Below, piece after piece: positions 21,459-32,065 of a stretch of DNA of 64,000 nt; the stretch's first letter is position 1, and the number at the start of each line of letters is the position of its first letter. Under the pieces are notes generated by a model. It worked only from the letters and a program-made list of their open reading frames with translations, did not search any database and had not been told where the DNA came from. The DNA is taken from NCBI GenBank assembly GCA_951813555.1, contig OX638344.1, forward strand, positions 2,975,076 through 3,039,075, given 5' to 3'. This DNA is from an uncultured Acidimicrobiales bacterium (GTDB taxonomy: Bacteria; Actinomycetota; Acidimicrobiia; Acidimicrobiales; Bin134). The position numbers were made by a program, and so were the translations under genes.

Positions 21459-22856
21459 TCAGTGCAGGGCCCGGCCGGTGAGCGACAGCACCGTCTCACC
21501 GAACAGCTCGCTCATGGTGGGGTGAGGCTGGATGAACTCGGCCACCTCGGGCACCGTGGCTTCCCAATTCACCGCCAAATAGCCCTGCCCGAGCTGCTCG
21601 GTCACCCACGGACCCACCATGTGGACCCCGAGGATGCGCCCAGCAGTCCCATCGTCGCAGCGGTCGGCGATTACCTTGACCAGCCCGTCGGTGTCTCCCA
21701 CGATCATGGCCCGCCCGTTGCCGATGAAACGGTGCATCGAGGCAACCACTTCGAACCCGGCTTCCTTCGCCGACGCCTCGGTGTGGCCCACAAAGGCCAC
21801 CTCTGGATGGCAGTAGATGGCCCACGGAACATTGGCGTAGTCCATCGGCGAGGGCGACTCCCCCAGCAGGTGCTTCACCACCATGATGGCCTCGGCAAAG
21901 GCCACATGGGCCAGCTGCGGCGTGTTCACCACGTCGCCCACGGCATACACCCCCGGAGCAGTGGTTTCGCAGAACTCGTCGACGGCCACAAAGCCCCCAT
22001 CGTCCACTTTCACCCCAGCCGCATCCAGGCCCAGGCCGTCGGTGAACGGACGGCGGCCCACGCATACCACCACCGCGTCCACGCTCAGGGGGTCGGCACC
22101 TTCGATGGCCAACTCCACACCGTCGCCGTTGACGCGACAGCCGTTCACCACCACTCCGGTCCGAATCTCGATCTTGCGCTTCTTGAACGCCCGGGTGAGC
22201 ATATTCACCACGTCGTCGTCGGCCCCCAGCAGGATTCGGGGCAGTGCCTCCAGCACCGTCACTTCCGACCCCAGATCAGCCAGCATTGAGGCGAACTCCA
22301 AACCGATGGCCCCCCCGCCGATGATCGCCGCCCGCTCGGGCAGGTCGGTGATGGACAGCAGCTCGTCGCTAGTCAGCACCCGCTCGCCGTCCACCTCGAA
22401 TCCGGGCAGAATCCGGGGCACCGACCCGGTGGCCAAGATCACATGGTCGGCGGTCAGCTTCGCATCGCCCGATTCCCCGCCCGACACCGACACCGTCCGG
22501 TCAGACCCGAGCGAGCCCCACCCGTCGAGCACCGTGACCTTGCGGCCCTCCAGCAGCTTGCCCACTCCCTTGTGGAGCTGGTCCACGATCTTCTGCTTGC
22601 GGGCTTGGGCCGCCCCCATGTCCACCGTGGGCGATTCCGACGTGATGCCGAACTGATCGGCATGGGCCACAGTCCGGTATACCGAGGCCGTCTCCAGCAG
22701 CTCTTTGGCCGGGATACAGCCCACATGCAGGCAGGTCCCGCCCAGTTTGTGCTTCTCCACCAGGGCCACGTCGAGACCGGCGGCGGCACCGTACAGGGCG
22801 GCGGCGTAACCGCCGGGGCCGCCGCCCACTACCACCACGTCATGGCTGCTGCTCAT
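21459..22856 (-). CDS. lpd: Dihydrolipoyl dehydrogenase (E3)
   Basis: 'VVVVGGGPGGYAAA', the redox disulfide 'GGTCLHVGCIPAK' and the C-terminal 'HPTMSE'. Confidence 0.9.
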   Translation of the reverse strand: MSSSHDVVVVGGGPGGYAAALYGAAAGLDVALVEKHKLGGTCLHVGCIPAKELLETASVYRTVAHADQFGITSESPTVDMGAAQARKQKIVDQLHKGVGKLLEGRKVTVLDGWGSLGSDRTVSVSGGESGDAKLTADHVILATGSVPRILPGFEVDGERVLTSDELLSITDLPERAAIIGGGAIGLEFASMLADLGSEVTVLEALPRILLGADDDVVNMLTRAFKKRKIEIRTGVVVNGCRVNGDGVELAIEGADPLSVDAVVVCVGRRPFTDGLGLDAAGVKVDDGGFVAVDEFCETTAPGVYAVGDVVNTPQLAHVAFAEAIMVVKHLLGESPSPMDYANVPWAIYCHPEVAFVGHTEASAKEAGFEVVASMHRFIGNGRAMIVGDTDGLVKVIADRCDDGTAGRILGVHMVGPWVTEQLGQGYLAVNWEATVPEVAEFIQPHPTMSELFGETVLSLTGRALH

Positions 22857-22981
22857 GGCGTTCAGCCTACCGGTGCGTTGTTCAACGCAGGATGAGCACA
22901 GCCTGAACGGCGAACGCCACCAAGATGGCCACCCCGCACAGCAAGGACAGGAGAATCAACCGGCGCGTGCTCACTATGCCA

Positions 22982-23287
22982 TCAGCGGCTGCGCCGGCGG
23001 CTCCGACGGCCCATGTACCAGCCCACGATCTCGGTGCAGACCACCGACAGAACAATGGTGATGAGCAGTAGCAGGAATACCGGCAGGTCCCAGTCCCACC
23101 CCAAGAAGTTGACCCGGGTGTCATCGGTGTTCTGGGCGATGAAGACGATCAACGCCACCGCGGCCAGCGTGCCCAACACCATCCGGGCGTTGATCTGCCG
23201 GAGCACATCCATGAACGACCGAGATTTTGGCTCTACCCTCTCGGTGCCCTGATGATCAAAGGGAGGTCTCGCTTCGGGCTCAGACAT
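22982..23287 (-). CDS. Small membrane protein (DUF1049/LapA-like)
   Basis: Two TM helices around 'TRVNFLGWDWDLPVFLLLL', with a basic C-terminus. Confidence 0.5.
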   Translation of the reverse strand: MSEPEARPPFDHQGTERVEPKSRSFMDVLRQINARMVLGTLAAVALIVFIAQNTDDTRVNFLGWDWDLPVFLLLLITIVLSVVCTEIVGWYMGRRSRRRSR

Positions 23288-23357
23288 GGCACAACGCTAC
23301 TCGCGCCGTGAGGCCCGAGGGAGCGTGACAGAGCCGAACTGACCGTACACTGGCCTC

Positions 23358-24254
23358 ATGAGAGTGGCTGTTGCCGGAGCATCGGGGCTGATCGGTACAG
23401 CGCTGGTCAGCCACCTCGAATCTTGGGGCCACCAGGTGGTCCGTCTGGTACGCGATCGCGCATCCCGCGCCGACGACACCCGATATTGGAATCCGGCTAC
23501 GGGCGACATCGACGACGATGCCTTCGACGGCATCGAAGGGGTGGTAAACCTGGCCGGCGCGGGAATCGGCGACCGCCGCTGGAGCGAGCGCCGCAAACGG
23601 GAGCTGCGCCTCAGCCGGGTGGACTCTACCGAGCTGTTGGTCGAGGCCATTGCCGCGGCCGCGGCCCCGCCCTCAGTGCTGGTGGCCGGCTCCGCAGTCG
23701 GCTTCTACGGCGACCGAGGAGACGAGGTGCTAGACGAGCAGTCGGGGCCTGGCACCGGATTCCTGGCCACCCTGACCGCAGACTGGGAGGCTGCCGCCCT
23801 AGGGGCTGAGAGCGCCGGAATCCGGGTGGCCCTGGCCCGCACCGGGTTGGTTGTGTCCGACAATGCCCCCTTCCTCACCCGAATGCTGCCTCTGTTCAAG
23901 CTGGGCCTAGGCGGCCCGTTGGGCAATGGCCGGCAGTGGTGGCCGTGGATCGCCCTCGAAGATGAGGTGCGAGCCTTGGCCTTCTTGCTGGAGGCTGAAG
24001 TCTCCGGTCCGGTCAACCTCTGCGCCCCCAACCCAGTCACCAACAAAGAGTTCACCCAGACGCTGGCCTCTATACTCCACCGCCCCGCAGCCCTAGCAGT
24101 CCCCCGCTTGGGCCCTCGACTGCTTCTGGGCAAGGAACTGGCCGACGGACTCCTTTTTTCCAGCACCAAAGCCCATCCCCTAGCGTTGGACAATGCGGGC
24201 TTTGAGTTCCGCCACCCCGACTTGCATCCCGTCTTGGAGGAAGCCCTGTCATGA
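23358..24254 (+). CDS. NAD-dependent epimerase/dehydratase-like protein (TIGR01777/YfcH-type, DUF1731 C-terminus)
   Basis: 'MRVAVAGASGLIGTAL' Rossmann N-terminus, 'NLAGAGIGDRRWS' and 'GNGRQWWPWI'. Confidence 0.75.
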   Translation: MRVAVAGASGLIGTALVSHLESWGHQVVRLVRDRASRADDTRYWNPATGDIDDDAFDGIEGVVNLAGAGIGDRRWSERRKRELRLSRVDSTELLVEAIAAAAAPPSVLVAGSAVGFYGDRGDEVLDEQSGPGTGFLATLTADWEAAALGAESAGIRVALARTGLVVSDNAPFLTRMLPLFKLGLGGPLGNGRQWWPWIALEDEVRALAFLLEAEVSGPVNLCAPNPVTNKEFTQTLASILHRPAALAVPRLGPRLLLGKELADGLLFSSTKAHPLALDNAGFEFRHPDLHPVLEEALS

Positions 24255-24685
24255 CGCCGCGATTGATTAGTGACAGCCGAGTGGTCCCCGCTCCTCCTGG
24301 GGAGATCTTCGCCCTGTTGGCCGATCCGTCCCGCCATCCCGAAATAGACGGCTCGGGAACGGTCCAGCAGCTCTTGTCCGACCCGGGTCCGATGCAACTG
24401 GGATCGGAGTTCAAGATGGCTATGAAAATCTTCGGCTACCCCTACAAAATGACCAACACAGTGGTGGAGTTCGAGGAGAACCGCCTGATTGCCTGGCGCC
24501 ACTGGGGCAGACACCGCTGGCGCTACGAGCTCGAGCCGACAGAGGGCGGCACCCTGGTAATCGAAACTGCGGATTACAGCAGGACCCGCCTGCGCCAGCT
24601 CGTCATGATCGTGCACACCCCCAAACGCCTGAAGGCCAGCATCGCCGCTACTCTTGACAACCTCGTCAAGAGATACTCACCTTGA
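24251..24685 (+). CDS. SRPBCC (START/polyketide cyclase-like) family protein
   Basis: 144 aa. ATGA overlap with the upstream gene. 'LADPSRHPEIDGSG' is typical of the family. By-eye assignment. Confidence 0.55.
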   Translation: MTPRLISDSRVVPAPPGEIFALLADPSRHPEIDGSGTVQQLLSDPGPMQLGSEFKMAMKIFGYPYKMTNTVVEFEENRLIAWRHWGRHRWRYELEPTEGGTLVIETADYSRTRLRQLVMIVHTPKRLKASIAATLDNLVKRYSP

Positions 24686-24695
24686 TTCCTCAACC

Positions 24696-25169
24696 TCAGA
24701 ACAGTCGTTGCTCCTCAACCACATCTTGCCCAGTCACATCTTGGCCGTCGGCCGCTTCGGTGGCCAGGCGGTCGGCCTCGTCGTTCCAGGGGTCACCGGC
24801 GTGGCCCTTCACCCAGACGAAGTCGATCTCACGGCCAAGCACGAGCTCAATCAACGGCTCCCATAGGTCGCGGTTGGCCACCGGCTTTTTCTGACTGTTG
24901 CGCCACCCCCGGCGGATCCACCCCTCCCACCACCGGTCCCGGAAGCAGTTGACCACATAGGTGGAATCGCTATACACCTCCAAAGGGCCCTCCAGCGCTC
25001 GTACCGCCTCCAACACCGCAGTCAGCTCCATCCGCTGGTTGGTGGTCTGCGGTGCCCCACCCGAATCCCGCTGTCCTCCTGGCACGACCCAGCCCCATCC
25101 CCCTGGACCAGGGTTCCCTCGGCAAGCACCGTCGGTGTACACCACCGTGGGCTGTTGGCTGTCGGTCAC
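24696..25169 (-). CDS. rnhA: Ribonuclease HI
   Basis: 'VYTDGACRGNPGPGGWG', 'TNQRMEL', 'SDSTYV' and 'WVKGHAGDPWNDEADRLA'. Confidence 0.9.
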   Translation of the reverse strand: MTDSQQPTVVYTDGACRGNPGPGGWGWVVPGGQRDSGGAPQTTNQRMELTAVLEAVRALEGPLEVYSDSTYVVNCFRDRWWEGWIRRGWRNSQKKPVANRDLWEPLIELVLGREIDFVWVKGHAGDPWNDEADRLATEAADGQDVTGQDVVEEQRLF

Positions 25170-25214
25170 CGTCTCATGGTGGCACGATCACCCCAGAGTT
25201 GAAAGCATGGTGGC

Positions 25215-27911
25215 GTGGCCGTGAATTTCTCACACCAACTGCCCGACACCGATCCGGAAGAAACCCGGGAGTGGCTCGACAGTCTCGATGCGGTGGTCAG
25301 CGCCTCTGGCGGACAGCGGAGCCGGTACCTGCTGCGCCGCCTCCTCGACCGGGCCGACGAGTTGGGCGTAGGCCTGTCGGGCACGGTGCAGACGCCGTAT
25401 GTGAACACCATCCCCACTGCCGACCAGCCGTTCTTCCCCGGCGACGAGAACATCGAGCGCCGGATCCGGGCCTTCATCCGGTGGAACGCCGCCGTAATGG
25501 TGGTCAAGGCCAACAAGCGGGCTGACGGCATCGGCGGCCACCTGTCCACCTTCGCCTCGTCGGCCTCCCTTTACGAGGTGGGGTTCAACCACTTCTTCCG
25601 AGGCAAAGAGGACGGCCTACCCGGCGATGCCGTCTACATCCAGGGCCACGCCGCACCAGGGATTTACGCTCGGGCCTTCCTTGAAGGACGCTTGAACGAG
25701 GAGCAATTGGACAATTTCCGGATGGAGATTGGCGGCAACGGGCTGTCCAGCTATCCCCATCCCCGGCTCATGCCCGACTTCTGGGAGTACCCCACGGTGT
25801 CTATGGGCCTGGGAGCAATCAACTCCATCTACCACGCCCGGTTCTACCGCTATCTCCACGACCGCCGAATCGAGGACACCAGCGAGTCGAAGGTGTGGTG
25901 CTTCGTGGGCGACGGCGAGTGCGATGAGCCCGAGACGCTGGGGTCGATCTCGCTGGCCGGCCGGGCCAAGCTGAGCAACCTCATCTGGGTAGTAAATTGC
26001 AACCTCCAACGCCTCGACGGCCCGGTAAGGGGCAACGGCAAGATCATCCAGGAGTTGGAGGGCAACTTCCGGGGCTCGGGCTGGAACGTGATCAAGGTGA
26101 TCTGGGGCTCGCGCTGGGACGAGCTGCTGGCCGCCGACGTCGACGGTGTGCTGCTGGAGAAGATGAGGACCACCGTCGACGGCGAGTACCAGCGCTACGC
26201 CACCGAGTCCGGCGCCTACATCCGGGAGAACTTCTTCGGACCCGATCCCCGTCTGCGCAAGATGGTGGCCCACCTGAGCGACCGAGAGCTGGAAGACCTG
26301 CCCCGCGGCGGCCACGACTACCTGAAACTCCATGCCGCCTACAAAGCCGCGATAGAGGCCACCGACCGGCCCACGGTAATCTTGGCCAAGACCATCAAGG
26401 GCTGGACACTGGGCGAGGGGCTGGAGGCCCGCAACGCCACGCACCAGATCAAGAAGATGACCACCGACCAGCTCATGGACCTGCGCTCTCGGCTCCACTT
26501 GGAGGAAGAGATCCCTGCGGAGGCCCTCCAAGACGACGCCAACCCCCCGTACTACAACCCTCCGGCCGACTCCCCCGAGCACCAATATCTGATGGCCCGC
26601 CGCCGGGAGCTGGACGGCCCGCTCCCCACCCGGGTGGTCAACATCCGCCGGCCCATCAAGCTGCCCGACGACAAGCTGTTCACCGACTACGACGAAGGTT
26701 CTGATGGCCGCGAGGTGTCCACCACCATGGTGTTCACCCAGATGCTGCGCAACATGATGCGAGACGAGGATTTCGGGGCCCGGGTTGTACCCATCGTCCC
26801 CGACGAAGCCCGCACCTTCGGCATGGACTCCCTCTTCCGGGAGTTCAAGATCTACGCCTCCGAGGGTCAGCTTTATGAGCCGGTGGACCACGACCTCTTG
26901 CTGTCCTACGCCGAGGGTCAAGACGGTCAGCTTCTGGAAGAGGGCATCACCGAGGCGGGATCATTGGCCTCGTGGACGGCGGCAGCCACCAGCTTCGCCA
27001 CCATGGGCGTGCCGATGGTGCCGTTCTACTCCTTCTACTCGATGTTCGGATTCCAACGGGTGGGCGACCTGATCTGGTCGGCGGCCGATTCCCGGGCCCG
27101 GGGATTCTTGATGGGGGCTACCGCGGGGCGCACCACGCTCATGGGTGAGGGGTTGCAGCACCAAGACGGCCACAGCCACTTGCTGGCTTCCACCGTGCCG
27201 GCCTGCTGCGCATATGACCCGGCGTTCGCCTACGAGCTGGGGGCCATAGTGCGCTCGGGGCTGAACCGGATGTACGGCAACGGCGGCGGGGAGGACGTCT
27301 TCTACTACATCACTATCTATAACGAGAACTACCGCCAGCCCCGCAGGGCCGATTTCATCAGCGACGGGCACATCTTGTCGGGGCTGTACCAATGGAACCA
27401 GGCGCTGGACGGTACCGATCAGCAGGCCTCGATCATCTTCTCCGGAACCGCCCACCAGGCCGCCCGCGACGCCCAAGCCGAATTGGCCGAGCGCTACGGC
27501 ATCGGTGTGGACATGCTTAGTGCAACTTCTTTCAAGACAGCCAGGGAGGAAGCGCTCGCCGTTGAGCGCTGGAACCGCCTGCACCCCGAAGATGAGCCCC
27601 AGGTGCCTATGGTCACCCAACGGTTGAGCGGGGGCCGCGGGCCGGTGGTGGCGGTCACCGACTACATGACAATGGTCCCCGACCAGATCGCCCGGTGGGT
27701 CCCCCGCCGATTCGTCCCGCTGGGCACCGACGGCTTCGGCCGGTCAGACACCCGCGAGTCGCTGCGCCGGTTCTTCGAGACCGACGCCCACAGCGTGATC
27801 TCCACGGTCTTGAGTGCCCTAGCCGCCGACGGCGATCTCGACCCCGCGGTGGCCAAAGACGCCATCGCCCGCTACGACCTCCGCCACCCCCGCTTCGACC
27901 CCACCGGGTAA
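25215..27911 (+). CDS. aceE: Pyruvate dehydrogenase E1 component, homodimeric type
   Basis: 898 aa. N-terminus 'DTDPEETREWLDSL', 'GGHLSTFASSA' and the ThDP motif 'GDGECDEPE...NLIWVVNCNLQRLDG'. GTG start. Confidence 0.95.
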   Translation: MAVNFSHQLPDTDPEETREWLDSLDAVVSASGGQRSRYLLRRLLDRADELGVGLSGTVQTPYVNTIPTADQPFFPGDENIERRIRAFIRWNAAVMVVKANKRADGIGGHLSTFASSASLYEVGFNHFFRGKEDGLPGDAVYIQGHAAPGIYARAFLEGRLNEEQLDNFRMEIGGNGLSSYPHPRLMPDFWEYPTVSMGLGAINSIYHARFYRYLHDRRIEDTSESKVWCFVGDGECDEPETLGSISLAGRAKLSNLIWVVNCNLQRLDGPVRGNGKIIQELEGNFRGSGWNVIKVIWGSRWDELLAADVDGVLLEKMRTTVDGEYQRYATESGAYIRENFFGPDPRLRKMVAHLSDRELEDLPRGGHDYLKLHAAYKAAIEATDRPTVILAKTIKGWTLGEGLEARNATHQIKKMTTDQLMDLRSRLHLEEEIPAEALQDDANPPYYNPPADSPEHQYLMARRRELDGPLPTRVVNIRRPIKLPDDKLFTDYDEGSDGREVSTTMVFTQMLRNMMRDEDFGARVVPIVPDEARTFGMDSLFREFKIYASEGQLYEPVDHDLLLSYAEGQDGQLLEEGITEAGSLASWTAAATSFATMGVPMVPFYSFYSMFGFQRVGDLIWSAADSRARGFLMGATAGRTTLMGEGLQHQDGHSHLLASTVPACCAYDPAFAYELGAIVRSGLNRMYGNGGGEDVFYYITIYNENYRQPRRADFISDGHILSGLYQWNQALDGTDQQASIIFSGTAHQAARDAQAELAERYGIGVDMLSATSFKTAREEALAVERWNRLHPEDEPQVPMVTQRLSGGRGPVVAVTDYMTMVPDQIARWVPRRFVPLGTDGFGRSDTRESLRRFFETDAHSVISTVLSALAADGDLDPAVAKDAIARYDLRHPRFDPTG

Positions 27912-27931
27912 GCGGGGGTGTCGCGGCCTCG

Positions 27932-29155
27932 TCAGGCCGGTTGCAGCTGGTTCAGCTCGGTGACGTTGTCGAGGAGGATCTTCCTCTTGGTGGCGTCGTC
28001 GAAGCCCTTGTCTTTGAGTTCCACCAGGTAGTCCAGCGGCTGGGGCATGCCCTCGATGTGGGGCCAGTCGCTGCCGAATATCACCCGGTCGGCCCCCATG
28101 TAGTGCACCACCTCGGCTACGTCGTCCTCCCAGAAGGGGTTGATCCACACGTGTTGGCGGAACAGCTCCGAAGGGTCTTCTTTGAACCAGCCGATGCTCT
28201 TGTGGGTGGCTTGGCCCAGTTTGCGGAACATGTCGCCCAAGAACTGCGAGCCGTTCTCCACCGAGGCGATCCGCAGGTTGGTGAACCGCTCGAACAGCTT
28301 CTCCAGCGCCAGGGTGATCAGGTAGTCGTAGGCGGCCCGCTCGATGTTGTAGGCCTTGATACTGGGCTTGTACTTGCGCCTCTGTCCAATTCCCGCCGAG
28401 GCGAATCCGTCCACGTCGTAGCCGTGCGTGGTGTAGCCGCTGTCGCCGGCGTGGACCACCGCGCAGATGCCGGACTCGTTGACCCGGGCCCAGAACGGGT
28501 CGAAGTGCTCGTCGGCCGGTGACATGAAGCCATCTGCGGTCCACACCGCGGCTGGGCGCATGACGATGGTGCGGGCGCCCTTGTCAATGGCCCACTCCAA
28601 CTCGTGGCAGGCCCAGTCGACATCGCCCAGGGGAATGTAGGGAGCGGCAAAGACGGTGTCGCGGTAGGCGAAACCCCACTGCTCTTCCAGCCAGCGGTTG
28701 AACCCTCCGAACAGGGCGCACACCGCTTCGATGTCCTCTTTGATGAGCTCCTCGTAGAGCACGCCCAGGGTGGGGAATAGCCAAACCGACTGAAGTCCCT
28801 GCTGGTGTACCTTGTCGACCCTGGCGTCCCGGTCGTCCACGTAGTAGCGAGGCAGCTTCTCCCGCTTGCTCAACATGTCGGCGGGATTGCGGCCCTCGGG
28901 GTTGCCCCGGAAGTAATCGTGCATGGCGCCGGGGAGGGCGATTGGATCCCAGGTGGGGTTCACCACCGCATGGCTGATCTTGCCGCCCACCAGGTGGTAA
29001 CGACGGCCGTTCACCTCGGCCCACTGCACGCATCGGGCGTGCAATGCCGGGTCCACATGGCGGGTGAAGGCGTCCTCCGCCTCGTAGTAATGGTTGTCGC
29101 AGTCGAATGGGATGTAACCGAGCTCGTCCACGAAAACCAGGGTATCGCTGAGCAA
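27932..29155 (-). CDS. Amidohydrolase-2 family metal-dependent hydrolase/decarboxylase
   Basis: 'FDCDNHYYE' near the N-terminus and 'VIFGSDWPHIEG' near the C-terminus are typical metal-ligand motifs. Confidence 0.75.
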   Translation of the reverse strand: MLSDTLVFVDELGYIPFDCDNHYYEAEDAFTRHVDPALHARCVQWAEVNGRRYHLVGGKISHAVVNPTWDPIALPGAMHDYFRGNPEGRNPADMLSKREKLPRYYVDDRDARVDKVHQQGLQSVWLFPTLGVLYEELIKEDIEAVCALFGGFNRWLEEQWGFAYRDTVFAAPYIPLGDVDWACHELEWAIDKGARTIVMRPAAVWTADGFMSPADEHFDPFWARVNESGICAVVHAGDSGYTTHGYDVDGFASAGIGQRRKYKPSIKAYNIERAAYDYLITLALEKLFERFTNLRIASVENGSQFLGDMFRKLGQATHKSIGWFKEDPSELFRQHVWINPFWEDDVAEVVHYMGADRVIFGSDWPHIEGMPQPLDYLVELKDKGFDDATKRKILLDNVTELNQLQPA

Positions 29156-29216
29156 TGGGCGGTGTCTGCTTGGACGGCGGTCTCAAGCCCTAGTTGGCCG
29201 CGCTACCGTCAGCCCC

Positions 29217-30038
29217 GTGCCAGAAGCCCCAAGAACCGAGATCGCCATCTTTGCCGAGGACCGGGAGCGGGTGCGCTACATCACTTTGAACCGCCCTGAA
29301 CGGCGCAACGCCTTGACAATGGCCCAGCTTGGACAGCTCTTCGACACGCTGGCCGACGCCGATGCCGCTCCCGATGTCGGCGCCATCGTGATTCAGGGGG
29401 CGGGCGGGGCGTTCTGCTCGGGCATCGACCTCGACCCCGACGAGATCGACTTGGACTACGACTCCCGCTCCTTCGAGCAGGAGTTGGCCCTGGTGGCACC
29501 GTTTCGGAGGTTCGAGGAGATGTGGCGGCTGCGCACCCCGGTCATCGCCTCAGTCCACGGCTACTGCCTGGCGGTGGGCACCGACATCGCCTTTCACGCC
29601 GACATGACCGTCTGTGCCACCGACGCCCAATTCGGGTACCCCATCGTGCGGTCGATGGCCTCGCCATCCACCCACATGTGGACCTATCTGGCCGGACCGC
29701 AGTGGGCCAAGCGCCTGCTACTCACCGGCGACATGATCGACGGCGCCACCGCAGCCCGCGCCGGGTTCGTGCTTGAGGCCGTGCCCGCCGACAAGCTAGC
29801 CGAGTACACCCACGCCCTGGCCCGCCGGGTGGCCACCGTGCCCAGCGACATCTCCGCCGCCAACAAGGCCATCTGCAACAGGGTCCTCGAGCTGATGGGC
29901 TACGCCATGGCCCAGGAGCTGGCCCGCGAGCACAACGTGGTCGCCCACCAGTCCCCCGCGGCCCAAGAATTTGGCCGCATTATTCGAACCGAAGGCTTCA
30001 AAGCCGCCCTCGCCTGGCAAACCGAGCAGTTTGGCTAG
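29217..30038 (+). CDS. Enoyl-CoA hydratase/isomerase (crotonase) family protein
   Basis: 'ITLNRPERRNAL' and 'GAGGAFCSGIDL'. Confidence 0.8.
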   Translation: MPEAPRTEIAIFAEDRERVRYITLNRPERRNALTMAQLGQLFDTLADADAAPDVGAIVIQGAGGAFCSGIDLDPDEIDLDYDSRSFEQELALVAPFRRFEEMWRLRTPVIASVHGYCLAVGTDIAFHADMTVCATDAQFGYPIVRSMASPSTHMWTYLAGPQWAKRLLLTGDMIDGATAARAGFVLEAVPADKLAEYTHALARRVATVPSDISAANKAICNRVLELMGYAMAQELAREHNVVAHQSPAAQEFGRIIRTEGFKAALAWQTEQFG

Positions 30039-30079
30039 CAGCCTCCTCGCGTCGATATCTGCGACTTCAGCATCACGCT

Positions 30080-31216
30080 CTACGAGAGCAGCTGGTCCAG
30101 CGCTTGGTGGAAGTGGATTAGGGCTACTTCGTGGCGGCCGACGAGGGTCTCGGTGACCAGGCCGGAGGCCAGGGATTGCTGAATTTTGACCGCTTGGGGA
30201 AAGTCCTCGCTGGCGCCGACTCGCTGGTGCAGCTCCAGGGTGCGCTCGTAGTGGGGGCGGGTGCGGTCGGTGACCGACTCGGGGGTGTAGAGAGTCATGG
30301 TGATGTCGGTGTGGTCGACGGCGGTGGGGAGAAACTGATACACCGCGAAGTGGTCCACGCTGTGGCTCAAGATTGTGTTGGGGGCGATCAGATACTCCAC
30401 GGTGGCCCGACTGAGCAGCTCCCACTCTTCCTCGGGCGCCTCGCCCAGCTCCAGGATCGACTTCTGGCAGGTCTGGAATCGGAGGTTGGGGCCGTACCCC
30501 CTGTAGGTCATGGGCTGGGACAGGTAGTAGCGGCCCACCGTAGTGCGGTGCAGCGAGAACACGTGGTAGGACTCCAAGAACGTGTCCACCAGCAGCTTCC
30601 AGTTGCAGGGCCAGCTCGACTCCCACCGGTCGAACGGGACATAGCCGCCCACGGCAAAGTCGTTGAGATCTTGGGAGGCATCGCCGACGAGCTCGGCCGC
30701 GTCCACCGGCTCTTCGCCCTCGGCCCGCACGAACACAACTCCGTAGGACTCCCCTACCGGCACCGGCGCCAAACCGAGCTCCGACTCGTGGGTCCCGCAG
30801 AACCCCTCCCCCGCCTGGGGACGGGCCAGCAGCGACCCGTCCAGCCGGTAGGTCCAGGCGTGGAACGGGCACCGAAGCGATGTCGCCCCCGACCCGCAGT
30901 CGCTCACCACCGAAGATGCCCGGTGGCGGCACACATTGCGGAACCCCCGCAGCACCCCGTCGCCGCCCCGCACCACCACCACCGGCACCCCGCCCACGGT
31001 GAGCGACACGTAGTCGCCCGCCGACGCCACCGCTCCCGACAGACAAGCCACCACCGGCCGGCAGCGGAATAGCGCCACCCGCTCGGCCTGCCAGTGGGAC
31101 TCGCTGGTGTAGACATCAGCAGGCAGCGTCAGCACGTTGTCGGCCAGCTGCGTGGTGCCTGCGGCGTGGTGGGCCAGAAGTTCCCGTATCAGCTCCAACT
31201 GGGTCTCGCGGCGCAT
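30080..31216 (-). CDS. Rieske [2Fe-2S] aromatic-ring-hydroxylating oxygenase, alpha subunit
   Basis: Rieske motif 'CRHRASS...CPFHAWTY', followed by a catalytic domain with 'ESYHVFSLH'. Confidence 0.8.
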   Translation of the reverse strand: MRRETQLELIRELLAHHAAGTTQLADNVLTLPADVYTSESHWQAERVALFRCRPVVACLSGAVASAGDYVSLTVGGVPVVVVRGGDGVLRGFRNVCRHRASSVVSDCGSGATSLRCPFHAWTYRLDGSLLARPQAGEGFCGTHESELGLAPVPVGESYGVVFVRAEGEEPVDAAELVGDASQDLNDFAVGGYVPFDRWESSWPCNWKLLVDTFLESYHVFSLHRTTVGRYYLSQPMTYRGYGPNLRFQTCQKSILELGEAPEEEWELLSRATVEYLIAPNTILSHSVDHFAVYQFLPTAVDHTDITMTLYTPESVTDRTRPHYERTLELHQRVGASEDFPQAVKIQQSLASGLVTETLVGRHEVALIHFHQALDQLLS

Positions 31217-31293
31217 CCCTGGAGCCTACGCCGGTAACGTCGGCGGGTGATGTTCCGGAACAGACGCCCCACCACTTGGTCTGGAGGCCCAGT

Positions 31294-32061
31294 ATGAACC
31301 GCGACCTGTACCTCTACGAGGTGGTCGACGTCATCGGGCAGGGCCAGTACGACTACATGGAGCACCTGTGGCAAGACCCGGTGCTGCGCATGCCGGAGAT
31401 GTTCGGGCTCCAGGGCGCGTTCTACATCTTGGGCGCGGGCGGTGGGCGCTGGCCCCAGGTCATCAACATCTGGGACATCGGCTCAGAGGGCTGGAAGGGC
31501 CTGGCCAAGAACCTCGACCGGCTCAACCTGAAGCGGCGCAAAGCGTTCTACGGAGACTGGTGGGACGAGGCCGCCCAGTGGCGCTCCGGCGGCTTCGACC
31601 GGTTGTGCGGGGGCGTGCCCGGCAGCCCGAGCACCACTGAGATCGCCGAGGCCGGCATCACCGGCACCCTGTTCGTGAACGAGATCCTCACTGTGCGGCC
31701 TGGCATGCCTCTGGAGTTTCTGGCCGCGGTAGTCCAAGAGCGGGTTCCCCTTATGGCCGACTACGGCCACAGTCCCACTGGGCTGTATGAGGTGCTCAAC
31801 AACCAGCACGAGGTGGTGATGGTGTGGGCCGCCGACATCGCCTCCCACATGACCTACCGCCAAAACCGGGACACCACCCGAGGCCTGTGCGATGAGGGAA
31901 CCATCGACGATCGGATCACCGCCTGGGAACAGCGCTCGGCCGAGTACGTCACCGGCGGCGACACCCACTTGATGACCCCGCTGCCCCTCACGGTGTATGG
32001 CCCTGATGATTGGGAGGAGGCCAGCCTGGAAAATTGGCTGGCTGCCCAGGAGCAGGATTGA
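31294..32061 (+). CDS. Hypothetical protein (possibly a tandem NIPSNAP/dimeric alpha-beta-barrel type)
   Basis: ATG 31294 is preceded by GGAGG at -12 to -8. Coding-like composition. The family guess is weak. Confidence 0.5.
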   Translation: MNRDLYLYEVVDVIGQGQYDYMEHLWQDPVLRMPEMFGLQGAFYILGAGGGRWPQVINIWDIGSEGWKGLAKNLDRLNLKRRKAFYGDWWDEAAQWRSGGFDRLCGGVPGSPSTTEIAEAGITGTLFVNEILTVRPGMPLEFLAAVVQERVPLMADYGHSPTGLYEVLNNQHEVVMVWAADIASHMTYRQNRDTTRGLCDEGTIDDRITAWEQRSAEYVTGGDTHLMTPLPLTVYGPDDWEEASLENWLAAQEQD

Positions 32062-32065
32062 CCCC

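Noticed and set aside
22882-22974. Possible 30-aa hydrophobic micro-ORF (GTG 22974, 'VSTRRLILLSLLCGVAILVAFAVQAVLILR') between lpd and the DUF1049-like gene.
   Set aside because: It is too short to support from sequence alone, I found no convincing Shine-Dalgarno sequence, and it could be a chance hydrophobic frame.
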